A stretch of DNA of 47,432 bases, from the NCBI GenBank assembly GCA_035524855.1, contig DATKOC010000188.1, positions 1-47,432 of the forward strand, written 5' to 3'. Numbering within the stretch: the first letter of the stretch is position 1; the number at the start of each line of letters is the position of its first letter. Positions 16,920-26,498 of the stretch are shown piece after piece. The position numbers and the translations under genes were made by a program. Source of the stretch: a bacterium (GTDB taxonomy: Bacteria > Oederibacteriota > Muellerivitia > Muellerivitales > Muellerivitaceae). Below the pieces are notes generated by a model, which was given only the letters and a program-made list of their open reading frames with translations, was not told the DNA's origin and ran no database searches.

Positions 16920-18397
16920 AAGGGGGCCCCTTCCCTCTCGACCCGGTGGATAACTTTTCCCATGTCCCCAGGCTCCGGCTTGATGCCCGCCCTCGTCATT
17001 ACGATCGAGTAGTCGGCGTCCTGGGGGCTGGAGGCAGGTTGCATGTTCAGGCTGAAATAGAACCGGGCCTGGGGGACGTTGCCCTGAACGAAAATTCGGT
17101 ACACTTTGTTATCATCCTTGAGTTCTTGCGCCTTTAGCCACTCCACCGCCTCTTTCATGCTGGCGACCCAGTAGTCCGTTTCATACTTTCCATAGGCTCC
17201 CTTGATGCCCCCGGCCAGCTCATTGAAGTAGGTGTATTGATACGGATGCAGGGTCACCAAGTGAGAAGCCGTCATGCCCATATTGGCCAATAAAACGAGG
17301 CCCGCCAAAATCCTGGGAACAGTGAAGGTTTTTTTCTGGAATGCCTCAATAAAAGCCATCGCGGCCAGGGCCGAGAGGATGGGCAGGAGAAAAAGAAAAT
17401 GACGGAGCCCGTCATAAACCGCGGGGTGAAGAAAAAAATAAAGCAAGAGATTTAGGGCAAGAGCCGCAACCAGCAGGACATAAAGCCGCTTATCACCGCC
17501 GGTGCGGAACAAAAAGAACGACCCAAGGAAAAGGATCAAAAGAAAAAGTGGAATCGTTAGGGCCAGCCACAAGGGCAGGTAATACCAGGGGTAATTCAGG
17601 GAATTGACCATCTTCCCCATAAAAAGAAACTCGAACTTCGGCGGAAAATGAGCGCTGAGCCAGAAGACATTAAGTAAATGTTGGAAGTAATGGACCCCCA
17701 AGTAGGGCCATAAAGCCATGCAAAGGATTTGCGAGGTTGCCAGCAAGCCAAACCATTCCCAGCCCTTCCCTTTCAGCCAACCAGCCCAGCCTGCTTTTTT
17801 CCTTTTACCGAGTTCTTTCCAATGAAGATAACCCTCATAAAAAAACAGGATCGGGAAGAGAGTGAACCCCACGATTCTGGAACTGATAGCAAAGGCAAAG
17901 AGAACCCCCAAGACCGCCCACCGGGCCTTAAACCCGGGGAGTTTCTCGCCAAAAAGGTAAATCGCCGCCAGGCTCAGGAAATAAAAAATCGCGAAGGGAA
18001 CGTCTTTGGGGTTGGCGGGAATGCTTCCCAGGAAGGGAAGATTCAGGAACAGACCCACCGGGCCTGCCAGGGCCCACCAGGCGTTTTTAAATTGCGCGGA
18101 GAGGACTTCGAACAGGGTCCAATAGAGAAGAGCCGCGAAGAGCAAGTTCAGCAGGTGAAGGGTTTCATAATCATCGGGGCCGGCGAAAAAGCTCAGCAGG
18201 AAAGTGTAGGGGTAGCCATGCTCCGGGTCCAAATAGCCCAGGGGTGCGTTGTGAACGATATGGTTATAGAGCTCCTGCCCGCCTTGATAGGCGTCTTTCT
18301 CGTCCCAGGTGGCGCCATAATCCCCGAAAGTGGCGAAGGCGAAAACCAGGTAAAGGGTGAGAAAAAGGAAAAAAGGGATTCTTGGACGCATGGCCAC
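16895..18397 (-). CDS. GT-C fold (PMT/ArnT-like) membrane glycosyltransferase
   Basis: 500 aa. An acidic first-loop motif YGATWDEKDAY follows TM1, then about 10 more TM helices and a ~110-aa soluble C-terminus. GTG start (ATG at 18391 two codons in). Confidence 0.6.
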   Translation of the reverse strand: MAMRPRIPFFLFLTLYLVFAFATFGDYGATWDEKDAYQGGQELYNHIVHNAPLGYLDPEHGYPYTFLLSFFAGPDDYETLHLLNLLFAALLYWTLFEVLSAQFKNAWWALAGPVGLFLNLPFLGSIPANPKDVPFAIFYFLSLAAIYLFGEKLPGFKARWAVLGVLFAFAISSRIVGFTLFPILFFYEGYLHWKELGKRKKAGWAGWLKGKGWEWFGLLATSQILCMALWPYLGVHYFQHLLNVFWLSAHFPPKFEFLFMGKMVNSLNYPWYYLPLWLALTIPLFLLILFLGSFFLFRTGGDKRLYVLLVAALALNLLLYFFLHPAVYDGLRHFLFLLPILSALAAMAFIEAFQKKTFTVPRILAGLVLLANMGMTASHLVTLHPYQYTYFNELAGGIKGAYGKYETDYWVASMKEAVEWLKAQELKDDNKVYRIFVQGNVPQARFYFSLNMQPASSPQDADYSIVMTRAGIKPEPGDMGKVIHRVEREGAPLCYILKLR

Positions 18398-18452
18398 CCA
18401 GAGGGAAATGGTTTAGATAAATTTATTTTAGCGGAGGATTCCGGATTTCACC

Positions 18453-18713
18453 TCAATCTTCCCGTAGGATCTCGACGGAGACGAATCGGGAACGGTCGGC
18501 TTTCGCGACGGATTTCCCACTGGGGATATCAAGGATTTGAAGTCGGAGTACCCTTTGTGGCAGGGAAACTTGCAGGACATCGCCGGTGAGGATTTCCTGC
18601 GAGGGTTTCAATGGCGTTGCCTTGGCATGCACCTTGCCGCTATCGCAAAGCCTCTTCGCCCCCATCCGGGTCTTGGTCACGCCCATTAACTTCAGGAAAA
18701 GGTCAATCCTCAA
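18453..18713 (-). CDS. S4-domain RNA-binding protein (Hsp15/YlmH-like)
   Basis: 86 aa. (M)RIDLFLKLMGVTKTRMGAKRLCDSGKV is a typical S4 alpha-L motif. TTG start with AAGGA 8 nt upstream. Confidence 0.7.
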   Translation of the reverse strand: MRIDLFLKLMGVTKTRMGAKRLCDSGKVHAKATPLKPSQEILTGDVLQVSLPQRVLRLQILDIPSGKSVAKADRSRFVSVEILRED

Positions 18714-18767
18714 AGGGGGCGTCCTTGGCCAAGGGCGAAGGATAAGGATCCTGCGCGATAAGGGGTC

Positions 18768-20615
18768 TTAATCTTTTCCCAAGTAAAAGCGGACATTGAT
18801 GAAAACGTCGATCCCCGAAAAGTCCAGCATAGCCGGGCTTCCGTCCAAATTAGGCAGGGGCGAAGGCGGAACGCCGCCCCCGGTGTTGGCGTCCACTTTG
18901 GTGGTGAGGGGGGTAAATTTCAAATAGCGGTAATCCGCTCCCAGGTCGATGGCTGAATTATGGTGGTCATCCAGCATGAACTCGATTCCCACCCCCGCCT
19001 TACCGCCGAAATTCGCGCCGCTCATTTCGATGGTTTCGGTCACGGCCGAACCGCTGATTTTTTCATTGGCCCCTGTCAGGAAGTGGTATCCCCCAGCGGC
19101 CTGAAGGAAAAAATTGGTGCTTTCATCCAATGGAATCAAGAACTTGGCGGACAAGGAGGGAGCCAAGGTGGAGGCGTTCCATTCGTACTTGGTGCCCACG
19201 GTGTCGAAGATGGTTTCTGAAATTTTTTGAAGGGCCTCCACCAAAACCCCGATTTCCAGGGTGGGGTCAACGGCAAAATCAATCTCCCCGTTCACCCCGA
19301 AGCCGAAGGGAAACCCCTGGTTGGTGCCGGACACCGATCCGTAAATGGAAGCCAAATCCTGTGTGCCATAGGAAAATCCTTCGCCCCCGAACGCGACGGC
19401 CAAACTGCCGCCTTGCGGAAGGGAGGGGTATTCCTCCCCTTTCTGGTCGGTGTAAGTCACGGTTGAGGGGCCCGTTGTGGAAGCGGCTCCCGGTGTGGCC
19501 TCGCCCTTGGAAGGGGCGGCGGAAGCTTCCTCCCCTTCCGCCGTAACGGGCTCGGGGGATTCCACGAAGGTTTGTACCTTACCGTCAATCGAGATGGTGG
19601 CTTTTTTCTTGAGGCTATCCACCCAGTCCTTGAGCCCGGAAGACTGCCTTTCTTTCAAAAGGTGGTCCTTGATTTCGGGAGCCACCGAGGCGTAATCCGC
19701 CTTGCCCTTGTAATCCACCTTCACAATGTAAACGCCCTCGGGAACCTTGACGATGCCCATTCCTTTGGCGGGAATCGCGAAGATACCCTTGGCTAATTGG
19801 GGCTCCAATTGAGAGCGGTACATGGTTCCCACCGCCCCGCCCTTATCCGCGGAACCGGCATCCTCGGAGTATTTCTTGGCGTAGACGGCGAAATCCGCCC
19901 CGCCTTGCAACTCCCTGAGTACGTTTTGGGCCTGGCTCTCCACTTCCTTGGCTAACGCCGGCCTTGCCTTCGGCGCGATGCGGAAAAGAATGATGCTGAA
20001 TTTGACTTGCTCGTAATCCTTGGGGTGTTTGTCAAAATAAGCGCGGATTTCGCCATCCGAGACGTTCGTCGCGCCAGGCAATTCCTGTTGTTTCATCCTC
20101 AGCACCCGGTTCGCCTTTAGTCGACGCAGGAACTTGTCATGGATTTCCTGCCTCAAATCATCCAGGGTGATGTTCTCCTTCCGGAGACCATCGTCGAAAT
20201 CCTGCTCGGTGGCGAAGCCCTTTTTCATGGTCTCCACCTCGTTGTTCACCTCGTGGTCAATTTCCCCGTCGGAGATCTCGATTTTCTGCCGGTCGGCTTC
20301 CTCGGCCAACAGCACTTCCTGGATGAAGCTGTCCACCACTTGTTTTTTGGCGGCTTGGTAATCAAGGCTGCTAGGCGGGGGCATTTTTGCCTTGGGGCCG
20401 TAGAGGCTGTAGAAATAAGCCTGGAGGGATTCTTCCAGTTCCCCCCGGGTCATCGCGTCCTGGTCCACCACCACCGCGATCTCATCAAGGGTTTTGCGCA
20501 CGGCGGGAGCCGCGGACACCGGGAGGGCCATCCACGTCATGCACGCGAAAAGAAGCAAGGAGGCGAAAAACCCGCCAACCGGGGTAAATTTAAATATTTT
20601 TTTTTCATTCCTCAC
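18768..20615 (-). CDS. SurA-N-like chaperone plus parvulin PPIase-like domain fused to a C-terminal outer-membrane beta-barrel-like domain
   Basis: 615 aa. An N-terminal signal/anchor is followed by a helical SurA-like region, a parvulin-like core (FSIILFRIA...GGAVGTMYRSQL...GVYIVKVDYK) and an Ala/Pro/Glu/Thr linker. The last ~215 aa are amphipathic Gly/aromatic-rich strands (SLAVAFGGEGFSYG, KAGVGIEFML, IDLGADYRYLKF, IDVFINVRFYL). The GTG start overlaps the upstream stop by 11 nt. Confidence 0.7.
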   Translation of the reverse strand: MRNEKKIFKFTPVGGFFASLLLFACMTWMALPVSAAPAVRKTLDEIAVVVDQDAMTRGELEESLQAYFYSLYGPKAKMPPPSSLDYQAAKKQVVDSFIQEVLLAEEADRQKIEISDGEIDHEVNNEVETMKKGFATEQDFDDGLRKENITLDDLRQEIHDKFLRRLKANRVLRMKQQELPGATNVSDGEIRAYFDKHPKDYEQVKFSIILFRIAPKARPALAKEVESQAQNVLRELQGGADFAVYAKKYSEDAGSADKGGAVGTMYRSQLEPQLAKGIFAIPAKGMGIVKVPEGVYIVKVDYKGKADYASVAPEIKDHLLKERQSSGLKDWVDSLKKKATISIDGKVQTFVESPEPVTAEGEEASAAPSKGEATPGAASTTGPSTVTYTDQKGEEYPSLPQGGSLAVAFGGEGFSYGTQDLASIYGSVSGTNQGFPFGFGVNGEIDFAVDPTLEIGVLVEALQKISETIFDTVGTKYEWNASTLAPSLSAKFLIPLDESTNFFLQAAGGYHFLTGANEKISGSAVTETIEMSGANFGGKAGVGIEFMLDDHHNSAIDLGADYRYLKFTPLTTKVDANTGGGVPPSPLPNLDGSPAMLDFSGIDVFINVRFYLGKD

Positions 20616-21621
20616 GCAATCCCTCCAGGGTGACCCCCACCACGGGGGCCATGTCTTGATTCACGCGGATAATAGCTTTCTTTTTTAAATCGGCCATCCA
20701 TTGATCGAACCGCAAGTCCTGCTCCTCCTTAAGGAGCCGGTCTCGGATTTGACCCCCCACCTCGGACAGCGGCCTCATGCGGCGCGGGATCCATTCCAGC
20801 AATTGGAACAAATGATATCCAAATTCATCCTTCACGGGCCTTGAAATTTCGCCCGGCTTGAGGCCTTTCAACGCCTTCAGGTATTCGGAGGAAATTCGGT
20901 CGGTGGTCATGGCCCCCCAATCCCCTCCCTGGGACCTTTCCATTCCCATTGAGAATGTCGCCGCAATTTTCGCGAAATCTTCGCCTTTCTTGAGGCCATC
21001 CAGCGCCTTTTGGAGGTCAATATGGCTACGCACGACCAAATGCCGGGCCCTGACAGCGTCAGGTCTCCAAAAGTCCTGGAGATGGGACCAGTAATAATCC
21101 TCCGCCTCCGCTGGGGTGACCACTACCTTGGCGTTGACTTCTTGGTCCACAAGCCGCCGCGCCAAGTGCTCTTGGAGCATTTTCTTCTTCCAAGCTTCCA
21201 GGGTGATGCCCTGGGCCTTGAGCACCGCGTCGAAATCTTCCGGAGCATCCCGGAGGGCTTCCCGCAAGGTTCCGTCCACTTCCGCCTGGGTCATCTTCAA
21301 ACCCGCCTTGCGGGCTTCCTGCACAAGGAGTCTCCGGTTGATAACCTGCTCGAAAAGCCGGCGTTTAATGGTCCTCATGTCGCCTTCGGTGACTGCGCTG
21401 TAATGGATGATCATCAGGCGGAATTCGGTGTCGAACTCATCCAAGGAGATGGGTTCCCCGTTGACCGTAACGACGGTCTTATCCGGCGGGACCGGAGGGG
21501 GCGCGAGATCAATGGTTGCTGGAGGCGAACCGCAACCCATGACGACGAGGTTTAGACTCCCCAAGAGGAGAATTCCGGCCGCCCGGCGGTTGAAAAATTT
21601 GATCGGAGGGGCCATCGTCAC
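20605..21621 (-). CDS. Parvulin-type peptidyl-prolyl isomerase, probable lipoprotein (PrsA/SurA-like)
   Basis: 338 aa. The signal peptide ends in the lipobox-like LVVMGC. It has a SurA-N-like helical region and a parvulin core (RARHLVVRS...GGDWGAMT...FGYHLFQLLE). Confidence 0.75.
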   Translation of the reverse strand: MTMAPPIKFFNRRAAGILLLGSLNLVVMGCGSPPATIDLAPPPVPPDKTVVTVNGEPISLDEFDTEFRLMIIHYSAVTEGDMRTIKRRLFEQVINRRLLVQEARKAGLKMTQAEVDGTLREALRDAPEDFDAVLKAQGITLEAWKKKMLQEHLARRLVDQEVNAKVVVTPAEAEDYYWSHLQDFWRPDAVRARHLVVRSHIDLQKALDGLKKGEDFAKIAATFSMGMERSQGGDWGAMTTDRISSEYLKALKGLKPGEISRPVKDEFGYHLFQLLEWIPRRMRPLSEVGGQIRDRLLKEEQDLRFDQWMADLKKKAIIRVNQDMAPVVGVTLEGLREE

Positions 21622-21635
21622 CGCCCGGCGGGGGA

Positions 21636-22400
21636 TTATTTCTTGTCGCCGCCCTTGCTGTCGAGGGAAGAAGAGAGATCGCCCTTGTTATCCAGCAATT
21701 GCTGGCTGATGGAGAGGCTGTCCGTGTATTTCTTGATGACGTCATCTTTTTTGTCGACCTTGCCGGCGACTTGCAGGTTTTTGAGGAACTTTTCAGCTTG
21801 GACACTGGGCTTGATGCGGTCCTTCACCCGGTCGAAAGGCGGGAGTTTTTCCCCGCTTTTGGCGGCTTGGGTGGCGTATTGGTCGTACCAGTCCTTCAGG
21901 TCCTTGTTGGTCACTTCCACCTTGTCCACTTGGCTGGAGGCGTATGCGCGGGCCAGGAGCATCCTCTTATAGCCCTCTTGGTAATCCTTTTGGATGCGCT
22001 TTACGGTCTCCATGTCCTTTTCCAATTTTTCCTTGAGCTCCTTGAGCTTCAGGGCGGATTCCAGAAGTTTCTTTTTCAAAGCGTCGTCGAAAGCGGGATC
22101 GGAGTAGCCACTCTTTTGGGCGGCGTTGAGGACCAATTGTTGGTCGATCAGGCTGTCGAGCACCGCCTTGACCTGCTCGGAATTATCCGGGTCAATCATC
22201 GTCTGGGATGAAAAGACCCTTAGGAGGTCCAACTGTTTCATCCAATCACCAAAGGTGATGTTATGTCCATCCACTACCGCCACCACCTGATCCTTCGAAA
22301 CCGGCGAGGAATTTCCCGCGAGCTTGTTGCAGCCCAAACCCACGGCGAACGGGATCACCGCCAACAGGAGGCTGAGGATAGCTTGAATCCGCCAAGAGGA
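21636..22400 (-). CDS. SurA N-terminal-domain-like chaperone, probable lipoprotein (no PPIase domain)
   Basis: The track ORF is trimmed to the ATG at 22400 (MSSWRIQAILSLLLAVIPFAVGLGC...), which has AGGGAG upstream. The protein is helical and Lys/Asp/Glu-rich like SurA_N. No parvulin motif was seen. Confidence 0.6.
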   Translation of the reverse strand, partial: SSWRIQAILSLLLAVIPFAVGLGCNKLAGNSSPVSKDQVVAVVDGHNITFGDWMKQLDLLRVFSSQTMIDPDNSEQVKAVLDSLIDQQLVLNAAQKSGYSDPAFDDALKKKLLESALKLKELKEKLEKDMETVKRIQKDYQEGYKRMLLARAYASSQVDKVEVTNKDLKDWYDQYATQAAKSGEKLPPFDRVKDRIKPSVQAEKFLKNLQVAGKVDKKDDVIKKYTDSLSISQQLLDNKGDLSSSLDSKGGDKK

Positions 22401-22527
22401 CATAAAGACTCCCTTAAATTCGTGATGAAAACACGGCCAAAAGAAGGCGGTATGGTAACACGCGACCTCCACTCCCGCAAGTTTAGTTGGGGAAGGGAGT
22501 TATGTCATTCCCACCGAAAGCGGGTTT

Positions 22528-25500
22528 TCAGGCTGGACTTAATTCCTTCAACAAACGTTCCACCGCCTCCATCTGCTTTTCGGGGCCCTCGTCGCCTTTC
22601 ATGACGCGGAAGGAAACCGAATTGGGATCCTGGGGAGCGAAACGGATGCGGGTGGGCGGCCACTTTTTCATCCAACCCTCGATGCGCTCCGCCGGGGGCG
22701 TCAAATCGGGATGCCATTGGAGCGCCACCCACCCGCCCTGCGCCTCCAAGCGCTGGATGCCCAAACGCTTCGCCTTGGGCCGGAACGCGGCCACTTTAAG
22801 CAGCATTTGGGCCTCAAGGGGTAAGGGGCCAAAGCGGTCCTTAAGCTCGGATTCGATTTCGGTCAATTGTTCTTCCGCGCTCAATTCCGCCAAACGTCGG
22901 TAGAACTCGATCTTCAGGACCTCGTCGGGGATATATTCCTTAGGCAAAAAGGCGGTAATCCCCAAGGAAAGAAGGGGCGTGAAATCGGTCGCCGTCTCCT
23001 GTCCCTTCATGTGAGCGATTTCCTGGCTGAGCATACGGCTATAGAGGTCGAACCCGATGGAATCCATGTTGCCGTGTTGCTGCGCCCCCAGGACATTTCC
23101 CGCCCCCCGTATTTCCATGTCCTTCATGGCCACGTGCATCCCGCTCCCCAGCGACGAGAATTCCTGCAGGACCTCCAGGCGTTTTTGGGCCAACTCCCGC
23201 AGTGTGACGTATCGGGGATAGAAGAAATAAGCGTAAGCCTGCCGGTCCGTGCGACCCACCCGGCCCTTGAGCTGGTAAAGCTGGGCAAGCCCAAAGGAAT
23301 CCGCCCGTTCGACGATGAGCGTATTTACGTTGGGCATATCCAGTCCCGACTCAATGATGGAGGTGCAGACCAGCACCTGATATTCCTTGTCCACGAAATC
23401 CATCATGATGGATTCCAGTTCATGCTCGGAAAGTTGCCCGTGGGCCACCGCCAGCTTGGCCTCGGGCACCAGCTTGTGCAGGCGGTCGGCGATGCGCTCG
23501 ATGTCTTTCACGTGGTTGTGGACGTAGAAAACCTGTCCCTCCCGGTGGAGTTCCCGCCGGATGGCCTCCGCCACTAACCGGTCGTCCAAGGGCGAGACTT
23601 GGGTGAGTACCGCCCGCCGGTTCTTCGGGGGCGTGTCGATGACTGATATTTCCCGGATTCCGGAGAGGGACATGTGGAGGGTCCGGGGAATGGGCGTGGC
23701 CGTCAAGGTGAGCACATCCACGTCATGCCTTAGGGATTTCAGCTTTTCTTTCTGGGAAACCCCGAATCGATGCTCCTCGTCAATGATGAGCAGCCCCAGC
23801 CGCGAGAATTTGACGTCCTTATTCAAGAGGCGGTGGGTGCCGATAAGGATATCCACCCTACCCTCCCGGGCCAATTCCAGGCTCTTGCGGATCTCGGCCG
23901 GGGTCTTGAAACGCGACAACATCTCGATCTGGACGGGGTATTCAGCCATTCGTTCCTTGAAGGTGTTGTAATGCTGTTGGGCCAGTATGGTGGTTGGCAC
24001 CAGGACCGCCACCTGCCGGTGATCCTGCACCGCTTTGAAAGCGGCCCGCATGGCCACTTCCGTCTTGCCGTAGCCCACGTCGCCGCAGACGAGCCGGTCC
24101 ATCACCCTTTCCGATTCCATGTCCCGCTTGATATCCCGCACCGAGCCGTATTGACCGGGCGTGAGTTCGTAGGAAAAGGAATCTTCGAACTCCATCTGCC
24201 AGGGACTGTCGCCCGGGAGGGGCCTTTTCTTGAGGACTTGGCGGGTGGAGTAGAGCGCCATCAGTTCCCGGGCGATGGCCTCCACTTCGCGTTTCACCTT
24301 GGCTTTGGCGCGGCTCCATTGCTCGCCACCCAGCTTGGAAAGCACCGGTGATCCCTCACTCCCGATATAGCGCTGGATGAGGGCGATCTGGTCGGTGGGC
24401 AGGTAGATTTTCTCGTTGTCGGCGAATTCCAACTGGATGTAATCCCGGGTGATGCCGTCAATGGTCAAGGGAGTCAGGCCCCGGTAGAGGCAGATACCCG
24501 AGTCCACGTGCACGGTCCAATCCCCGATGGCGATTTCATTTAAGGAAGCCAGGGGCTTACCACCCGCCACCGCCCGGGCCCTTTGGCGCCGCCGGCCACC
24601 CCGGTACCGGCGGAACAAGTCGTGGTCGGGCAGGACATAAAGGCCGATATCCGCAAAGGCGAACCCCTGCTCGATCTCGCCCAGGATGATCGACAAATGG
24701 GGATTATCCTTGGTGGGAATCTCTTCCTGTTTAAGAAGCTCGGAGAACCTCTCCCGTTCTCCTTTGTTATGGCACCAAATCAATACTTGGGACGGGTTGG
24801 CGATCCACTTTTTAAGGTCGTTCGTGAAGGTGGCGAACTTGCCGTAATAAGACGGAAGCGAACGACCCGGAAGACCATGGCTTTCCGCCGGGGGCTGTTG
24901 AAAGAGGTCCTGCTCGATCTGTGAAAGTCCGGTGGCCTGGCCCTTTTCGACCGCCTTTTTGAGGAATTGAATGTTGGAAAATAAATCAGCCGAGCTAAAA
25001 AGATCGGCCCCATTTTCCGCGGCCTGTCGGTCGCACCCTTCCAGAACTTCCTGGAATTCCTCCCACTTTCGCTCAAAGGCCAGGGGTTCCACCAATAGGA
25101 TCCGGGTTTCTTTCGGCAGGTAATCCAGCAAGCAAGCCTTTTCCTCCAGGGCTCCTATCGCGTTCCATTCCCAACCCGGGAACTGGAAGGTTTGGTTGAA
25201 GAGCTCCAATGCGTCCTTGGCCCAACGGGAACCTTCCTGGCCCTCCTCATCCTTGGCCTTGGCTTTCAGCGCCTGGCGCAGGTTGTAGCGGGTCACGTCT
25301 TTCATCACGACCTCGTGTGCAGGGAAAACGAGAACTTCCTCCAGGTCCCCGCTGGACCGCTGGTTCAGGATGTCCAGGGGACGCAAGGTATCAAGCGTGT
25401 CACCGAAGAGTTCCATTCGCACCGGACCGGAGGGCGATCCCGGCGAGGCCAGGTCCAAAATGCCCCCACGGGAGGCAAATTGACCCGACCGGACCACTTG

Positions 25501-26040
25501 GTTGACCGACTCATATCCCAAGGCAATCAGGCGTTGCTTCAAGTCAGGTGGAACTTCCTGGTTGCGCTTGAGGATCAAAACCTGGTCCAGCCATTCCCCG
25601 GGCGGAATAGTATGTTGAAGGGCGCCCATCAGGGGGGAGATCACGATGCAAGGACCACCCTGGAATAATTCATAAAAGGTTCTCTGCCGTTCTCCGATGA
25701 GTTCCGGGTCAGGGGTTTCCGCGTCCTGGGGCAGGGTTTCCCAGCCGGGGCAAAGGTAAACCGGAACTTGGGGAAGCCAGCTCGTCAAATCGTCCTGGAG
25801 GACGAGGGCTTCCTCACGGGTGGAGGTGAGAATCAGCCAGGGATGGCCCTCATTGAGTTTCTGATGGAACCAAGCCAGGAGAAAGGCCTTGCCCGATCCG
25901 GGCACGCCGTGGATAAGAGTCCTGGGTTTCTTTTTTTCCAAGGACTCCAGGGCCTTATTTGCTTCCGGCCAATCCAACTTGGAAAAAGCGAAGGGGGCTT
26001 TCAACCCGGTAGTTTCGGTTTTAGGTTGTTCCTCGGCCAT
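22528..26040 (-). CDS. mfd: Transcription-repair coupling factor
   Basis: About 1170 aa from the ATG at 26040. It has a UvrB-homology N-terminus, an RNAP-interaction region and a superfamily 2 translocase (Walker A DVGYGKTEVAMRAAF; DEEH box LLIIDEEHRFGV). A TRCF C-terminal domain is present. Confidence 0.95.
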   Translation of the reverse strand: MAEEQPKTETTGLKAPFAFSKLDWPEANKALESLEKKKPRTLIHGVPGSGKAFLLAWFHQKLNEGHPWLILTSTREEALVLQDDLTSWLPQVPVYLCPGWETLPQDAETPDPELIGERQRTFYELFQGGPCIVISPLMGALQHTIPPGEWLDQVLILKRNQEVPPDLKQRLIALGYESVNQVVRSGQFASRGGILDLASPGSPSGPVRMELFGDTLDTLRPLDILNQRSSGDLEEVLVFPAHEVVMKDVTRYNLRQALKAKAKDEEGQEGSRWAKDALELFNQTFQFPGWEWNAIGALEEKACLLDYLPKETRILLVEPLAFERKWEEFQEVLEGCDRQAAENGADLFSSADLFSNIQFLKKAVEKGQATGLSQIEQDLFQQPPAESHGLPGRSLPSYYGKFATFTNDLKKWIANPSQVLIWCHNKGERERFSELLKQEEIPTKDNPHLSIILGEIEQGFAFADIGLYVLPDHDLFRRYRGGRRRQRARAVAGGKPLASLNEIAIGDWTVHVDSGICLYRGLTPLTIDGITRDYIQLEFADNEKIYLPTDQIALIQRYIGSEGSPVLSKLGGEQWSRAKAKVKREVEAIARELMALYSTRQVLKKRPLPGDSPWQMEFEDSFSYELTPGQYGSVRDIKRDMESERVMDRLVCGDVGYGKTEVAMRAAFKAVQDHRQVAVLVPTTILAQQHYNTFKERMAEYPVQIEMLSRFKTPAEIRKSLELAREGRVDILIGTHRLLNKDVKFSRLGLLIIDEEHRFGVSQKEKLKSLRHDVDVLTLTATPIPRTLHMSLSGIREISVIDTPPKNRRAVLTQVSPLDDRLVAEAIRRELHREGQVFYVHNHVKDIERIADRLHKLVPEAKLAVAHGQLSEHELESIMMDFVDKEYQVLVCTSIIESGLDMPNVNTLIVERADSFGLAQLYQLKGRVGRTDRQAYAYFFYPRYVTLRELAQKRLEVLQEFSSLGSGMHVAMKDMEIRGAGNVLGAQQHGNMDSIGFDLYSRMLSQEIAHMKGQETATDFTPLLSLGITAFLPKEYIPDEVLKIEFYRRLAELSAEEQLTEIESELKDRFGPLPLEAQMLLKVAAFRPKAKRLGIQRLEAQGGWVALQWHPDLTPPAERIEGWMKKWPPTRIRFAPQDPNSVSFRVMKGDEGPEKQMEAVERLLKELSPA

Positions 26041-26152
26041 CTTGTCCCCAAATGCAATTAGGGCTTTCCGCGAACCGGCGCAGAAAACCCTGAAAAAATC
26101 GAAAATGTCGGGATGGAGTTTGAAGGGCGGCTGGAAAATTGTCAATTCTGGA

Positions 26153-26184
26153 GAAATAAAAAAAGCCCGCCGGGGAGGGCGGGC
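26153..26184 (-). terminator. Rho-independent terminator after the ZAS mini-gene
   Basis: The minus strand reads GCCCGCC-CUCCCC-GGCGGGC followed by UUUUUUUAUUU. It lies between the zf-HC2 stop (26211) and the mfd start. Confidence 0.65.
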
Positions 26185-26210
26185 TTTGGTCCTTCCGATG
26201 TTTTCGGCTC

Positions 26211-26366
26211 TTACTCAGGGCTTAACGACGGCACCAAAGTCAGCAGAAAGATGCATTCGGGGCAGTAGAGCAGATGGTATTCCACATCGGCCTTTTGCTC
26301 GTCCGTCAGCCTTCCTTCCCGATAGAGCTCCAAAAGCTTCTTGATTCTTTTGCAGTTCTCATCCAT
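26211..26366 (-). CDS. Orphan zf-HC2 (ZAS-type) putative anti-sigma mini-protein, 51 aa
   Basis: The sequence is MDENCKRIKKLLELYREGRLTDEQKADVEYHLLYCPECIFLL. It has the full C-x24-H-x3-C-x2-C zinc motif of anti-sigma N-terminal domains. The ATG at 26366 has GAGGAAGG upstream. The track ORF extends to a GTG at 26423. Confidence 0.6.
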   Translation of the reverse strand: MDENCKRIKKLLELYREGRLTDEQKADVEYHLLYCPECIFLLTLVPSLSPE

Positions 26367-26498
26367 GGCCTTCCTCGCTTTCTGGCTTTGCAGGTGCATT
26401 GGGCAACTCAACCTGGCAACCACATCTTGTTTCTGGTTTCCGAGGCGTCGCTGGCAAGCGGGCGGCTCACAACCTGAAAATCATTTGTCTTTTAGAAA

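Noticed and set aside
22401-22527. Hairpin CCCAC-CGAAA-GCGGG plus TTTT just after the mfd stop, considered as a terminator.
   Set aside because: The U-tract is on the plus strand, where no gene ends. On the mfd (minus) strand no U-tract follows, and the stem has a mismatch.
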